Of a stretch of DNA of 64,000 nt, positions 1 to 11,353 are shown in pieces. Position 1 is the first letter of the stretch; every line of letters starts with the position of its first letter. A program made the translations under genes and the position numbers. This stretch comes from Candidatus Bathyarchaeia archaeon (lineage in GTDB: Archaea > Thermoproteota > Bathyarchaeia > Bathyarchaeales > Bathycorpusculaceae), in the NCBI GenBank assembly GCA_049515895.1, contig JBEKTQ010000016.1, positions 1-64,000 on the forward strand. The letters are read 5' to 3'. The notes below the pieces were generated by a model. It was given only the letters and a program-made list of their open reading frames with translations, did not search any database and was not told the origin of the DNA.

Positions 1-1601
1 TCACTGTTTATTGTTACGTTCAGCAGAGGCGAATAGCTAAAGGTGAATACGGTCCCTGGGTTTGCCCAAGTTGAAAAACCCGCTCTGCTATACGCTGTCC
101 CGTTGACCGTTATGAAAGTGCCAAGGAAGTCTGAGGCCACACCAGATTGTGCAATAGTCAAGTTATACTGAGTCTGCCAGTTTGCTGTAGCCGCCATAGG
201 ACCATTCATAGTAATGTTGTTTGACGGCGAAGTAGTGCCTGAAGCGTTACCGCTCCAGCCAGTGAAGACGTACTGAGTTCCTGCGGCACCAGCTACAGTT
301 AAAGGAGAAACCGAGGCGGTTGCGTTGGTGCCGGAATTGTAATAGCCTGAGCCGCTAATAGTGCCATGGGCAGAAGTCACGTTCAAGAGGTATTGAGTTT
401 GCCAGTTGGCTGTAGCCGTCTTAGGACCATTCATTGTGATGGGATTTGAGTTCGCAGAAGTGCCTGAAGCGTCACCGCTCCAACCAGTGAAGACGTACTG
501 AGTTCCTGCAGCGCCAGCTACAGTTGTGGGGCTAATTGAAACTACTTGGGAAGTGCCAGAATCAACCCATCCTCCACCGCTGACGACACCATATGTTGAT
601 GTTACCGTTAAGTAGTATTGGTGTTCCCAGGTGGCGGTCTCGGTTATGTTGCCGTTTACATTTGCTGTTGAGGGATTATTTGGTCCAGAGTAGCTTCCCG
701 GTCCGGTGCCAGTCCATCCTTGAAAGATATAGCGTTCACCCTGAATTGGCGTCGGCGGCGTTGCAGTTATGGTAACCGCTTGGCTTTCGTTGTAAGAAGA
801 AGAACCGCTTGTCGGAGTGACGGTTCCATAGTTGGTTGCCATTGTCAACTGGTACTGTAGTTGTCCGATGTAACTACCGCTAACGGCAACATCATCTATA
901 TAATAATTCCAACTATCACTTGGCTTAGCGACGCTTTGATACCCACCAATAACTACGTCTGCCGGTGTCCTATCATAGTTAGATGTTGTAACGTCTATAA
1001 TAGAAACCCCGTTTAGGTATAATTGTTCTACGCCGTTTCTTTGGGTTGTGGAACTTTGAGTTTGTTCTATCTCGACACTGTTCCAGCCGATTGTAACCGG
1101 ATGTGCGTCTGACGTTCTATTGTCGTTGCTAATAGAAAACGAAAAACCTCCCGGTGGGGATGAAACGTCACGGTAATATAGCCCCCAGTAGAGTGCCCCT
1201 CCTACATTGAATACACATAATTCGCCATCCCCGAATTGACCGCCCGCAGATGTGGAAAATCCGCCTACTTGGTAGTAATCTCCGGGTGTCGAAGGAACAC
1301 TTGTCGAGTTTATGTATACGTACTCTCTGGCATCTATTGGGTTTGGAACAGAACTTAAGGCTTGATAATACAAATTATAACTTAGTCCAGTTGGATTACT
1401 TTCAACACTGTAGACTCCACTGTTAACAGTTTGGGAGTTTATGGAAAGCGCACCGTGAGTAACACTCCATGCGCCAAGGGTACCGCTTTCAAAACCATCG
1501 CTGAATATGTAATCTGCACTTGCAACCTTGATCAACAAAGGCGCTAACATTACAATAGCTAGAAGTGCCACAATAATCGTTAATAATATTCTTTTCTTCA
1601 T
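1..1601 (-). CDS. Secreted/cell-surface repeat protein, 3' end outside the window
   Basis: Absent from the ORF track because it runs off the edge. ATG at 1601 gives MKKRILLTIIVALLAIVMLAPLLIKVASA-DYIFSDGFESGTLGAW (signal peptide, then a beta-rich domain). The same frame is open at the window edge (...PGTVFTFSYSPLLNVTINS). Contains FTGWSG...ITMNGP.xATANWQTQY repeats. Confidence 0.85.
   Translation of the reverse strand, partial: MKKRILLTIIVALLAIVMLAPLLIKVASADYIFSDGFESGTLGAWSVTHGALSINSQTVNSGVYSVESNPTGLSYNLYYQALSSVPNPIDAREYVYINSTSVPSTPGDYYQVGGFSTSAGGQFGDGELCVFNVGGALYWGLYYRDVSSPPGGFSFSISNDNRTSDAHPVTIGWNSVEIEQTQSSTTQRNGVEQLYLNGVSIIDVTTSNYDRTPADVVIGGYQSVAKPSDSWNYYIDDVAVSGSYIGQLQYQLTMATNYGTVTPTSGSSSYNESQAVTITATPPTPIQGERYIFQGWTGTGPGSYSGPNNPSTANVNGNITETATWEHQYYLTVTSTYGVVSGGGWVDSGTSQVVSISPTTVAGAAGTQYVFTGWSGDASGTSANSNPITMNGPKTATANWQTQYLLNVTSAHGTISGSGYYNSGTNATASVSPLTVAGAAGTQYVFTGWSGNASGTTSPSNNITMNGPMAATANWQTQYNLTIAQSGVASDFLGTFITVNGTAYSRAGFSTWANPGTVFTFSYSPLLNVTINS
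166..525 (-). repeat. Internal 225-nt (75-aa) coding repeat, InlB B-repeat/Flg_new-like
   Basis: 166-300 and 391-525 align closely (cagtgaagacgtactgagttcctgc occurs in both) and encode TVAGAAGTQYVFTGWSG.ASGT. Confidence 0.8.
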
Positions 1602-1906
1602 TCAAACACGATCCATCATTAATATGGTTCATCTTAAGATTCAGACAAGTTTTTAAAGTTTATTCCGATTACCGATGTTTTCGTTTCTGTCCAACATTTT
1701 AATAAGAGCTTGTATTTGTGATTTGCGGGTCAAAGAAGCTAAGTACCGGAAGCCACGTCTCGTTCCTTCCTAATTTATTACCGATTCCCCTGTCTATCTT
1801 CTGTTGCTAAATCTGATTAGCACCAGCGACTTGATACATTCGGTGACTCCTAATATTTGATCCCTCTTCAAATGGAGCCAAGGAGTTAAGACCAAAAAAG
1901 TTCATT

Positions 1907-2230
1907 TTAAGTTCTAGGATTTAATCTGCTGAACTTTAGTTGTCCGATATACTTCATTATCCATCGGACAAGCTCATCATATGCCTTTTTTCCTTCTTCG
2001 GTCAAACTGACTAAGCCCTCATTATCGATTTCGATAAAGCCCTTATCTGACATCCAAGAAAGGTACTTCACAAGCCTATCGTATGCTAACCTAGTTGAAG
2101 TTGCTAATGCAGTTTTGTTCATTTTTCTCTTTGTATTTAACGCCTCGATTATACGGGCAATGACGTAGAGGTCAAGTTTGGAACTCGGCTCTGCTGAACT
2201 CAAGACTAAACCACCGCAATTCCGAAACAA
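1907..2230 (-). CDS. Winged-helix transcriptional regulator (HTH_45/ArnR-like); true start probably TTG at 2203
   Basis: KMNKTALATSTRLAYDRLVKYLSWM..KGFI......VSLTEEGK is a typical archaeal wHTH; overlaps the stop of the upstream gene. Confidence 0.75.
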   Translation of the reverse strand: MFRNCGGLVLSSAEPSSKLDLYVIARIIEALNTKRKMNKTALATSTRLAYDRLVKYLSWMSDKGFIEIDNEGLVSLTEEGKKAYDELVRWIMKYIGQLKFSRLNPRT

Positions 2231-2843
2231 GCATGTCTAACTTACCTAACTCTCGATAACGATTAAAGAGGTCACTCCTCAAAACCATGAAAACGAACAT
2301 AATGGCAAACAGTCCCACAAGAATGATGCCAAATACTATAACTTGGTGCAGAAACAGTATGGTTATTCCGTTCCACAAAAATTCAAACGCAAACACAGTT
2401 ATAACTAAGTATGCCGCAGCCTTTACTAATCCATATATGGCGTAGCCGAGTCTACCTCTTGCGATTTCGTCAAGTGTTTTGTCCCAATCTATCTCTGCTA
2501 AAATTTTTAGTGCGGAGGAAAAGCCTTGGGAAAGTTCTTCTTTCCACTCGCCTACTTGGGTCATATTCAATTGTTTTCTTACAAAAAGGACGCCGATCAA
2601 AAGTCCAGCCACTGGTATAAAAAGTGTCAAGAATGCGACTGCGAAGAAGAGGCTGCTGTTAACGTTTAGGTCAAGGTCGAAAATCTGAAACAATGTTAAG
2701 AGCACGAGAAAAGCGGCTATTGAGCCTCCGACAATTAGCACAAAATCTTTCAAAGAACGCATGAATGCATTATATTTTTTGACTTGGTCTAGTGTCTCCA
2801 TCAATTCTGCGACTTTTGATATTACTTTTTCTTCAGTCATCAT
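2172..2843 (-). CDS. Hypothetical 4-TM membrane protein, in an operon with the wHTH
   Basis: 223-aa ORF with four hydrophobic segments. Confidence 0.7.
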   Translation of the reverse strand: MMTEEKVISKVAELMETLDQVKKYNAFMRSLKDFVLIVGGSIAAFLVLLTLFQIFDLDLNVNSSLFFAVAFLTLFIPVAGLLIGVLFVRKQLNMTQVGEWKEELSQGFSSALKILAEIDWDKTLDEIARGRLGYAIYGLVKAAAYLVITVFAFEFLWNGITILFLHQVIVFGIILVGLFAIMFVFMVLRSDLFNRYRELGKLDMLVSELRWFSLEFSRAEFQT

Positions 2844-3163
2844 AGTACGGTATTCACATCATTCTGAAGATAGGATATGGGTAGCAGGTCTCACAAGACT
2901 ATTTGTGCTTAATTTGAACCCGTTATCATCGACATGGGAATATAAGGTAAACTCCTTCGGAGTGAGCAAATATTACATAACAGCTAGAAGTATGGTTTGT
3001 ATTTAAGTTAGTGTATGGTGTGAGCTGTACCTTTACAAAATCCTGAGGTAACAGGACTTAGAGTCGAACCTTGTAATGGCACAATAAAATGTGCTTTCCA
3101 AACCATTAAGACAACAAAAAGCCGCTCAAAATACCAAACTTGTAGTATAAGGAGACCAGAATA

Positions 3164-3448
3164 ATGCACGGCAAAGAGCAGATTCAGCAAGAACTTAATG
3201 AACTTAGGGGTGAATATGGCGAATGGAATTTTGATATTCCTCTTCCTTGTGACATCTGGGCTAAAGGAAATCTTCGGATGCCCCAGACAAGACTTAAGCG
3301 AATAGTTCAGGTTGTGAGCAATTTATCTCTTAAGCAGATTTCTGAGTATCGCATCCTCGATTTGAGGTATTCGGATGACATGTTCTCCATCGAATTCGCG
3401 TTGCACGGCGCAGAAACAATTGAGTTATATAAGGAGCTGATTAATTGA
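3164..3448 (+). pseudogene. 3'-truncated class I SAM methyltransferase
   Basis: RILDLRYSDDMFSIEFALHGAE is a degenerate motif I (normally LDLGCxxGxFSIE); the ORF stops right after it. Confidence 0.6.
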
Positions 3449-3906
3449 AGCAAACAGATTCCGCTATGTTTCGCGCGCGCTTACAAGGATGGAAAAGACA
3501 CTATACATCTGTCATGGGTTTTTTTCAAACGCTTTGGGTTTGCGGCAGAAAGGGTTTTCCTCTACAAGTAGCTTTTGCCTGCGACATAAACTTTAACACC
3601 CTTAGAAGGATGCCGAGTTCTACAGTAATACCTCACCCAGTTGGTATAGTGATAAAAGACGACACAATAATTGGTGAAGGATGTACGATTCTCCAAAATA
3701 GTTCTATTGTTCGCCGTTACCCTGTTAATTTAGGCGTTTATTCAGTCCCAGACGAAAAAACAATCATAGGCTCAAATGTCTTTATCGGAGATAAAGCAAC
3801 AATTCTCGGAGCAGTCAAAATAGGAAACCGCGCAATTATCGGCGCAGGAGCTATTGTTCTAAAAGATGTACCTGAAGATACATTTGTCGTAGGAGTATGG
3901 AAATGA
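3445..3906 (+). CDS. Hexapeptide-repeat acetyltransferase (CysE/WcaB-like)
   Basis: IPHPVGIVI, IGEGCTILQN, IGSNVFIGDKATILGAVKIGNRAIIGAGAIVLKDVP. Confidence 0.85.
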   Translation: MKQTDSAMFRARLQGWKRHYTSVMGFFQTLWVCGRKGFPLQVAFACDINFNTLRRMPSSTVIPHPVGIVIKDDTIIGEGCTILQNSSIVRRYPVNLGVYSVPDEKTIIGSNVFIGDKATILGAVKIGNRAIIGAGAIVLKDVPEDTFVVGVWK

Positions 3907-4213
3907 ATAAATACAGAGATGAAATGGACGAACTATAATCGCCCATATGCGTCATTTAGGGAAATGGCTATTTAGGAAAATCACGATTTAGGGAAATCAA
4001 ACAGCTGTTAATTGGCAGTCTAAGCGAAAGAGTCTCCCACCATCCAAATGCGTCGCGCTAATTATAAAATGGATCTGTCAATTGCAAAAAATCGCACATA
4101 CTTTAGTTCTTGCGTTTAGACAATATTGAGATTTTCGAAATATTGTTACATCAGAAACGTTTCTTTTAAGCTGCATAGTTTTCATCTTCCTCAGCAGAAG
4201 ATGACGAATTCTC

Positions 4214-5338
4214 ATGGCAATCCTTGAATTTCAGAGAATTGATGAAATTAACGACTTTGAAAGAGAGTGGAATCAACTCCTTGCCCAAAGTTTAGACAAC
4301 AACCCATTCTTAACATACGAGTGGCTCACCACATGGTGGAAGCATTTTGGAGAAGGAAGAGAGTTGAAACTTTTCACTGCAGAGAGTCAGGGAGCGGTTT
4401 CGCTTGTTATCCCTGTAATGTATACACGATCTAAAGTTTTCGGTTCGAGACGTTGCAAGGTGGAATTTGTTGCTTCTGGAGACTCTGATTACCAAGGTTT
4501 CTTGGTGACCAATTTCCAAAAGGCTGCGAGAACGGTTAACGAATTACTCGAAAGCATAATTGAAGACTCGAACGATGCGGATCGCGTTATATTTGGAGAG
4601 GTTCCAGAAGATTCCTTTACTGCTAGACTGCTTGAAGGTGTCAGTGGAGAGGGTTTTGGAGCTTCTCATTCCACTGCTAGCTCATGCCCATATGTCTCGC
4701 TTCCTTCTAATTACGACGGATACCGTCAGACTTTGGGTTCAAATATGCGGAGAAAACTGAAAGTATGGGAAAAGCAAGCATCAAAAGATTACAGAGTCGA
4801 ATTCATCAGGTACGACAAAATCGGAACCGTTAAAGAAGCGATGAAAATCTTTTTCGAGTTGCATCAGAAGCGTCAAATGGCCAAAGGTAATTGCGGTGTA
4901 TTTCATGATAGCGACAAGAGGAGCTTTCACATGGATATTGCAAATGCTTTTGCAGAAAAGGGGTGGCTTGGTCTTTTCTTTTTAACATTCAATGACAGAC
5001 CTGTCTCAGCTATTTACTCTTTTGAGTACAATGCGAAACTATACGCGTACCTCTGCGGATTCGACCCGGAATATGCCAGATATCGACCTGGACACTTGGC
5101 CTTCGCGAACCTTATAAAGTATGGAGTTGGAAAAAAGTTGAAAGAGCTTGATTTTTTACGTGGAGATGAGGAGTACAAATCGCGGTGGAGAGCAATGGTT
5201 CGGAATAATTTTGAATTTAGGATTTCGAAAAGAGGACTGAAGAGCAAAGTTTACAACTGGACTACAGATAATGGGTCTTTTTCCTATCTCCACAAGATAC
5301 CTGTGCTCTCACAGAGGTTTTTCGCAAAGGTTCACTAA
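4214..5338 (+). CDS. GNAT acetyltransferase, CelD/BcsL (Acetyltransf_6) type
   Basis: NPFLTYEWLTTWWKHF, CPYVSLP, GFDPEYARYRPG, DFLRGDEEYKSRW. Confidence 0.9.
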   Translation: MAILEFQRIDEINDFEREWNQLLAQSLDNNPFLTYEWLTTWWKHFGEGRELKLFTAESQGAVSLVIPVMYTRSKVFGSRRCKVEFVASGDSDYQGFLVTNFQKAARTVNELLESIIEDSNDADRVIFGEVPEDSFTARLLEGVSGEGFGASHSTASSCPYVSLPSNYDGYRQTLGSNMRRKLKVWEKQASKDYRVEFIRYDKIGTVKEAMKIFFELHQKRQMAKGNCGVFHDSDKRSFHMDIANAFAEKGWLGLFFLTFNDRPVSAIYSFEYNAKLYAYLCGFDPEYARYRPGHLAFANLIKYGVGKKLKELDFLRGDEEYKSRWRAMVRNNFEFRISKRGLKSKVYNWTTDNGSFSYLHKIPVLSQRFFAKVH

Positions 5339-5551
5339 AATGCAAAATTCCGTTAAGGTTGTCTTTTGCTAACTCGCTGAGTGCGCCGCGCTAATTTGGG
5401 TTTGGAAAATGTAAGCGTGCCATCCCTGTCGGTTCCTTCCAGTTTTCTGACTTAACAGATCCAAAAAGCAGAACTCGGTCTTACACAAGTCCATTGGTTT
5501 TTTACAGATTCATTAGGGAGCGGAACTTATCTGGGTCGTTAGGCGAGAATG

Positions 5552-6211
5552 TTAAAGAAGAAGTTGAAGGGGAATTGATTTTGCTTGATATTCTCGAGCT
5601 ACTGCTGCAGTGGCTAGAACCGAGCTCAAAGCCAGCAGACTCAGGGTTATCGGGGTCAAACTTAGACCGAGAGGAGTATAGTACAATGTCAAGCCAACTA
5701 TAGAAGCGAGAGCTATGCTCAGTCCGATGCTCAAGGCAAAGCGTTCGATCTTGTACAGGCTTTCTGAAGACGTTTTGATCGGAAGTTTCACTGGGAAAAA
5801 AGCTTTTGTGAAGGCGTAACCAGGCAAGAAAAGCACAAATATCACACCTAAAACGTTGCGAATATAGGCCAGCGGATACCAATCTTGTGGAATTGTAAAA
5901 ACAGTTATCGTAGTGACTATGGCTAATGCTATTATTGTCCAGTACCATGCTGACTCTGACGTAAAAAGGTAAGTTCCAATCGAACCGGATACCAGGTCTC
6001 GTTTCACGTTGAAATGGATTTTATCATCAGCTTCAAGTTCGTCAAGTAGATTCATTATTTTTTTTTCTGACAAGGCAGTCGTCTGATGGACAAATCTTAT
6101 CAGTTGGCTTGCTGTTTCCGGTTTCTGCTCTCGCACAATCTTAATTATGAGTTCCTTTGTTGACTCGTTGGGCTCTTGGTTTTTCGACAAATCAAAATGC
6201 GCGCTCATCAC
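5552..6211 (-). CDS. DUF1616-type archaeal membrane protein with N-terminal HTH-like domain
   Basis: LGVIFVLFLPGY and IERFALSIGLSIAL motifs. Confidence 0.8.
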   Translation of the reverse strand: MMSAHFDLSKNQEPNESTKELIIKIVREQKPETASQLIRFVHQTTALSEKKIMNLLDELEADDKIHFNVKRDLVSGSIGTYLFTSESAWYWTIIALAIVTTITVFTIPQDWYPLAYIRNVLGVIFVLFLPGYAFTKAFFPVKLPIKTSSESLYKIERFALSIGLSIALASIVGLTLYYTPLGLSLTPITLSLLALSSVLATAAVAREYQAKSIPLQLLL

Positions 6212-6754
6212 TGCTTAAAGTATTGTGACTTTATTGATAACACTGATTATTAACTGTTATTAGAAGTATTATTCCCTATCAAACGAGGAGTGCGTCGACT
6301 AAAACCAACAAAACTACTCGAACACGGTAACTCACCGTCCCCTGAACGGCTTCTCTGAACCGAAGGAATACAATTTCTACGGCTATGACCGGAGACGATT
6401 ACTACTTTTTTTCATCGCTTAACCTATGAACACGGACAGATTACTTTCTACGTTGACACGCGTTAAATTGCATTATTTACATGGAATATACCCAACATTG
6501 AAACAATGGAGACAAAGATAACTATACAGAAAACTGTAAATTTTTACATTTGTGTTAGCAAAAAGTGCCGCTCATCCCAAAACTAATTGTTAAGTATTTT
6601 GGTGAGCCTGCTCTGCCTGGTCTTCTGATATCGGTTTCAATAATTTAATAACTTTTTTCAAGTGAGGTTTATCATCGGGAATGACTAAAAGAAAAAAGAG
6701 ATAAAATGTTTCCATGCGTTGGAAATATTTATTGATGCGTTTGAATAACGAATT

Positions 6755-7615
6755 GTGATGGTCAACTCGTTGTCTTCATCTTATAAAAGAATTCTACGAA
6801 GAGCATTTTATGCGATTCTTCCGCTCAACAACCGGAAGCAGTTGGCAGTTTGGACGGAGCAGCGAAGCTGGATGCTCAGTCGTCATATTCTGCCGCTGGT
6901 GATTTTGCAAGACTGGGCTGAAAAAGATTCAGATGCCTTTCATCGTTTTCTCTGGTCGCGACATCTTGGTTATGCAAAATTCTACGAAGAGATCAATACT
7001 TTTGGAACCGAAAAAATCACGCGAACACGCAAAATGCTGTTTGGAGAACTTAAGAAGTGTTTATTGGCTTCCGGAAGACTCGGGGAAGTGAAGAGCGTTT
7101 TCGAAGTGGGGTGCTCGGGAGGTTACATGTTGCGATATGTTGAGACAGATCTCTTTCCGAAAGCCACAGTTCTTGAAGGTATCGACATTGATGATTATGC
7201 TCTTCAAACGGGAAGGGCGTATCTACGTGCCCATGCATCTAAGATACGCTTAATACGTGCAGATATGGCAGATCTCGACCATGTGATGAATGGAAGCAAG
7301 TACGATGTAATTTTGTGCTTGGGAGTGCTAATGTATCTCCGTGAAAAAACTGCTGCGGGTGTGGTGAAGTCAATGCTAAATCATTGCAGCGGACTTGTTG
7401 CAATAGCAGATCTAGCACATCCAGTTTTAGATAATGCCACACTCGAGCATTCTCAAGTTAGGAGGCTGGATGGAGCGTTCATTCACAACATTGATGCAAT
7501 GGTTGGAGATGCAGGGGGAACAATAGTTTATCGAAGGTGGAACGAAACCAAAAAGTTCGATGGTCAGAGGGTGTACTTTGTTTTTTGTAAACCGAAAGGG
7601 AAGTCTCAAGGGTGA
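6755..7615 (+). CDS. Class I SAM-dependent methyltransferase
   Basis: VFEVGCSGG, GIDID, YDVILCLGVLMY. Confidence 0.9.
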   Translation: MMVNSLSSSYKRILRRAFYAILPLNNRKQLAVWTEQRSWMLSRHILPLVILQDWAEKDSDAFHRFLWSRHLGYAKFYEEINTFGTEKITRTRKMLFGELKKCLLASGRLGEVKSVFEVGCSGGYMLRYVETDLFPKATVLEGIDIDDYALQTGRAYLRAHASKIRLIRADMADLDHVMNGSKYDVILCLGVLMYLREKTAAGVVKSMLNHCSGLVAIADLAHPVLDNATLEHSQVRRLDGAFIHNIDAMVGDAGGTIVYRRWNETKKFDGQRVYFVFCKPKGKSQG

Positions 7616-8025
7616 AAAATAAAAGCTCCGCTACGACTTGCACCGCTGAACAGAGTGCCAGTCACATAACTATTGACTTTTTTCATTTCCTTTTGCGAAG
7701 CTTAGTGCCATTTTGACCGTGTTTGTAACACGTACATACTCTGCTTAAATAGTCACAGAAAGGTTGTCATTAGTCACTCTTTGAAACTGGTGTTCCTTTT
7801 TTTGTCCAAAAATATGTTGTTAGAAAAGCAGCAACTAACCTTTAGCGAGAGCGGCCATTTTATAGACAATAGCATTCTTTGGAGGATTCTGACAATGGAA
7901 AAACGAGATGGAAATCCAAGACGGAAAGATTTTACTGATACGACACAAAGGAGTTTTGAGCAGATTAAGTCAGTGCAGAAGACTGGGGTTGAACGGGGGA
8001 AACAGAAACGGGTCGTCGAAAAAGA

Positions 8026-8916
8026 ATGTATAGAATGCTGGGGAATATTCTAAGTTTAATGCATCTAGATCCACAATTCCTATTGAACGTTGCAGAAACA
8101 ATGACGGGCGGCCAACCAATTTTATTAGATTATCCTGTTAAACCGACCCCTCGATATGGATACGGGAAACCTCCGCATCCCAAACTTTATAACATAATTA
8201 ACAGAAATAGGAATGCTTACAAAGATACGTTGAAAAGTTTCTTGGGATTTAGAGAGGATTTTCTCAAGATTCCAGTGAAAAATGCAAATGATTCAACGCA
8301 GCCATTCTGGATCAACAGTTGGCTGCCAGGATTGGACTCAGTGGCTCTTTATTCACTTCTTTGCTTAAATAATCCAAAAAGATTCGTAGAAATTGGCTCA
8401 GGTAATTCCACAAAATTCGCAAGGAGAGCTATATTTGACCACGGTTTACGAACCAAGATAACTTCTATCGATCCACATCCTCGGGCTCAAATTGATTTAA
8501 TTTGCGATACTGTAATTCGTCAACCTCTTGAGGATACAGATTTAACTTTATTTGACGAATTGCAAAATGGTGATTTTCTCTATATTGATGGCTCACACCG
8601 TTGCTTTCCGAACTCAGACGTCACCGTCGTTTTCTTGGACGTTTTACCGCTGTTAAAAAAAGGTGTATTTGTAGAATTTCACGATATTTCATTACCTTAT
8701 GATTATTCTCCAATGTTAGCAGAACGATACTATTCTGAACAATATTTGCTCGCAGTTTATATCTTAGCAGAAAACAACAAATTAAAGATAGTTTTGCCCA
8801 ACTCTTTCATTAGCAAGGATACAGAACTTTATAACGTACTGAATCCTCTTTGGGATGAACCAAAGATGGTTGAGGTTGGAAGGCATGGAGGTTCCTTTTG
8901 GATTCAGATAAATTAA
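8026..8916 (+). CDS. Class I SAM methyltransferase (Methyltransf_24-like)
   Basis: VEIGSGNST, SIDPHP, LYIDGSH, FHDI, YSEQYLL. Confidence 0.9.
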   Translation: MYRMLGNILSLMHLDPQFLLNVAETMTGGQPILLDYPVKPTPRYGYGKPPHPKLYNIINRNRNAYKDTLKSFLGFREDFLKIPVKNANDSTQPFWINSWLPGLDSVALYSLLCLNNPKRFVEIGSGNSTKFARRAIFDHGLRTKITSIDPHPRAQIDLICDTVIRQPLEDTDLTLFDELQNGDFLYIDGSHRCFPNSDVTVVFLDVLPLLKKGVFVEFHDISLPYDYSPMLAERYYSEQYLLAVYILAENNKLKIVLPNSFISKDTELYNVLNPLWDEPKMVEVGRHGGSFWIQIN

Positions 8917-9102
8917 TTACCTCAAGTTCCTTATCTGCAAAGGAAGCACACTCAACTATCTCCATGCTCAGAACCGATGTTATCTTTGGATGATGACTTA
9001 AGATAGATAAATAGAAGCTCGGTTAATTCAAACATAATGTGGACCATCATTCAACGCTTTTTGAATTAGCTACTTGTTTTCAGGTTTTACCGTGCTTGCC
9101 TT

Positions 9103-9567
9103 TTATGTGCCCCTATGCGAAAGCGGATCTTTCCTGTGTTTTTCAATGAATTCCGATGTTGATTCAATTACCCGAGCGGGATTTCCAGCCGCGACGGTGT
9201 TATCAGGTATATCATGAGTTATTACGCTTCCAGCGCCCACGATAACGTCGGCTCCAATATTTACACCCGGAAGAATTATTGATCCAGCTCCAACAAATGT
9301 TCTGCAACCAATCGTTACCTTATCGATTTTGACATAGCCAAGGTACGGTTTTGAGCTTGCGTCATGTGCTAAAATTATTACGTTGGCGGAAAAAGTGCAA
9401 TCATCGCCTATGGAAATCAACCATGGGTAGTCGTTGTCTATAATTACAGTAGTATGAATGTAAACACGCTTTCCAAGTTTTAAACCTCTACGCGTCAACC
9501 TTTTTAGACTACGTTCATGACTGATGCGTGGGAAAAAAATTAAGTATAAAATGTCAGAAATGCGCAT
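9103..9567 (-). CDS. Hexapeptide-repeat O-acyltransferase
   Basis: ISIGDDC, FVGAGSIILPGVNIG, AAGNPARVI. Confidence 0.9.
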   Translation of the reverse strand: MRISDILYLIFFPRISHERSLKRLTRRGLKLGKRVYIHTTVIIDNDYPWLISIGDDCTFSANVIILAHDASSKPYLGYVKIDKVTIGCRTFVGAGSIILPGVNIGADVIVGAGSVITHDIPDNTVAAGNPARVIESTSEFIEKHRKDPLSHRGT

Positions 9568-9763
9568 TAGCTCAAGTCTCCATTTATTCTATATTATTTC
9601 TCTAAAAAAGAAATTAAAAGTTGTCGATCCTGATGGTTCGCAAAAAACCTTTTGAGAGATAGTAAATATTATTGGATACGGAAAATCATCGAGTTTCTCT
9701 TTTTTTGATATTTAAGAATTGACCTCTGGAACTTCGGTGCAAATTAGGGCGTTTCTTTCTTCG

Positions 9764-11353
9764 TTAAAGTTGGAACACCCTCATCAATTTTTCAAGGATA
9801 TTCAGCAGGAAGTTGAAGAAGCCGCTGAAGGGCCCAAGTTCAGCTAGCATGTCACGCAGGTTGTTTAGGTCGGTTCTGTCTATGGCTCTGGTAGACAAAA
9901 TAGTTGAGAGCAGTACGAACGTGAAAATAATTATCCCGACAATCAATTTTAGCAAACTGCCGAATGGCATTAGGGACACTAGCACGTAGGTTACGACGGC
10001 AGCTATTCCCGCTGATAGAATTATCTTAGCCGAAGAAGCCAAATCTACTGTTACGCCGTAGTTTTTCTTCAGCCAACGTAAACTGATAATTATACTTGGC
10101 AATCCATCGACAAAAATCACTGTGATATAGCCTAAGACACCGAATTGCGAGATGAGAACCAAACCAAGAGGTAAACCTATGGCTGTCGTGAGCAATGCAA
10201 GTTTTAGCATAAACTTGTTGTGCCCCTGGCTACTGATGAGGTTGGGACTACTAATGCTTCCGATGGCAGTGTACAAGTAGGTAATGGACATAAACGAAAG
10301 AAACAACGGTGCCTCAATGTACTTATCTCCGAATAACGTGAAGACCGCCTGTTGAGATAGGGCTGCCACCAAGAATGCCGCAGAAATCACGAAGAGCGTC
10401 GCATATTTTACTGAAAACTGGTACACGCTTTTTAACGTTTCCCGGTCTTTTTGGGCGTCAAGTTTTGAGAAAGCAGGAAACATCACCATTGAAATCGGAG
10501 TCGCGAAGAAAGTTATTAGCACAAGAAAGCTGTAGGCCACAGAAAAATTGCCCATTGCTGAATTTGAGACGAATATAGCTAGTACAAAGTAGTAAAATTG
10601 GAGAAGCGCGCTATTTAGGATAGTGCTTATTGAAAGAGGCAATCCGTATTTGAACATAGTTCGAATATTCTTCATAATTTCCAATCTATAACCTACTGGC
10701 TTCATCAGGTCTCTGTACACTATCCACATGATCATTACGCAGGTCACTCCAGAAAGCACCGAGGTTATTGCGTAGCCAGTAACAGCTCCGAATGCGCCCA
10801 AACCTAGGATTACTAAGGCGGGAACCAAGATGCTTTTGAATATGGATTGGATTAAGTACGTGATACTGTTTAACTCCATTCTTTCGACGCCTGTGAAAAC
10901 AGCTTGGGCGGCACTGATAATGGCTCCCGTCAGGATTATGGAGGACGCTACTTGGATTAAAGATGTCATCTGTGGTCGGTCAAAAACGGTGGTGGCTAGA
11001 AAGCCTGACAGCAGAAAAGAAATTATGGTAAGCGATAAGCCTAACACCGTTTTAAAAACTAAACCAGCGACGAAAATGCTATTCATTTCGGCAGTTTTGT
11101 TTTCTGATTTGTATTGGGCCGTGAACTTAATCATCGCGGTGGCGACACCCCAGTCACTAAACAATCCGATGAGGTTTGGAGCGGTCAAAGCGATTGAGTA
11201 CAAGCCAAATTCGGAAGGAGCTAACAGCCTCGCAACCAAAATTGTGCCAACTGCCGAAATGACTGTGGAAGCGACCAACCCCCATAGGAGATGAAAGCTT
11301 CCTTTAGCCGAAACTTTAGCCATATCCGCAGCTTTGCTCATTCCCTTTTTCAC
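9764..11353 (-). CDS. Oligosaccharide flippase (Wzx/RfbX, MOP superfamily)
   Basis: 529 aa, about 14 hydrophobic segments, VARLLAPSEFGLYS, FPAFSKL. Confidence 0.9.
   Translation of the reverse strand: MKKGMSKAADMAKVSAKGSFHLLWGLVASTVISAVGTILVARLLAPSEFGLYSIALTAPNLIGLFSDWGVATAMIKFTAQYKSENKTAEMNSIFVAGLVFKTVLGLSLTIISFLLSGFLATTVFDRPQMTSLIQVASSIILTGAIISAAQAVFTGVERMELNSITYLIQSIFKSILVPALVILGLGAFGAVTGYAITSVLSGVTCVMIMWIVYRDLMKPVGYRLEIMKNIRTMFKYGLPLSISTILNSALLQFYYFVLAIFVSNSAMGNFSVAYSFLVLITFFATPISMVMFPAFSKLDAQKDRETLKSVYQFSVKYATLFVISAAFLVAALSQQAVFTLFGDKYIEAPLFLSFMSITYLYTAIGSISSPNLISSQGHNKFMLKLALLTTAIGLPLGLVLISQFGVLGYITVIFVDGLPSIIISLRWLKKNYGVTVDLASSAKIILSAGIAAVVTYVLVSLMPFGSLLKLIVGIIIFTFVLLSTILSTRAIDRTDLNNLRDMLAELGPFSGFFNFLLNILEKLMRVFQL

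Noticed and set aside
7781-8053. 90-aa ORF upstream of the methyltransferase
   Set aside because: No recognisable motif, and it overlaps the next gene out of frame
10830-11294. 154-aa plus-strand ORF and similar antisense ORFs in the track
   Set aside because: Lie entirely opposite well-supported genes and show no motifs
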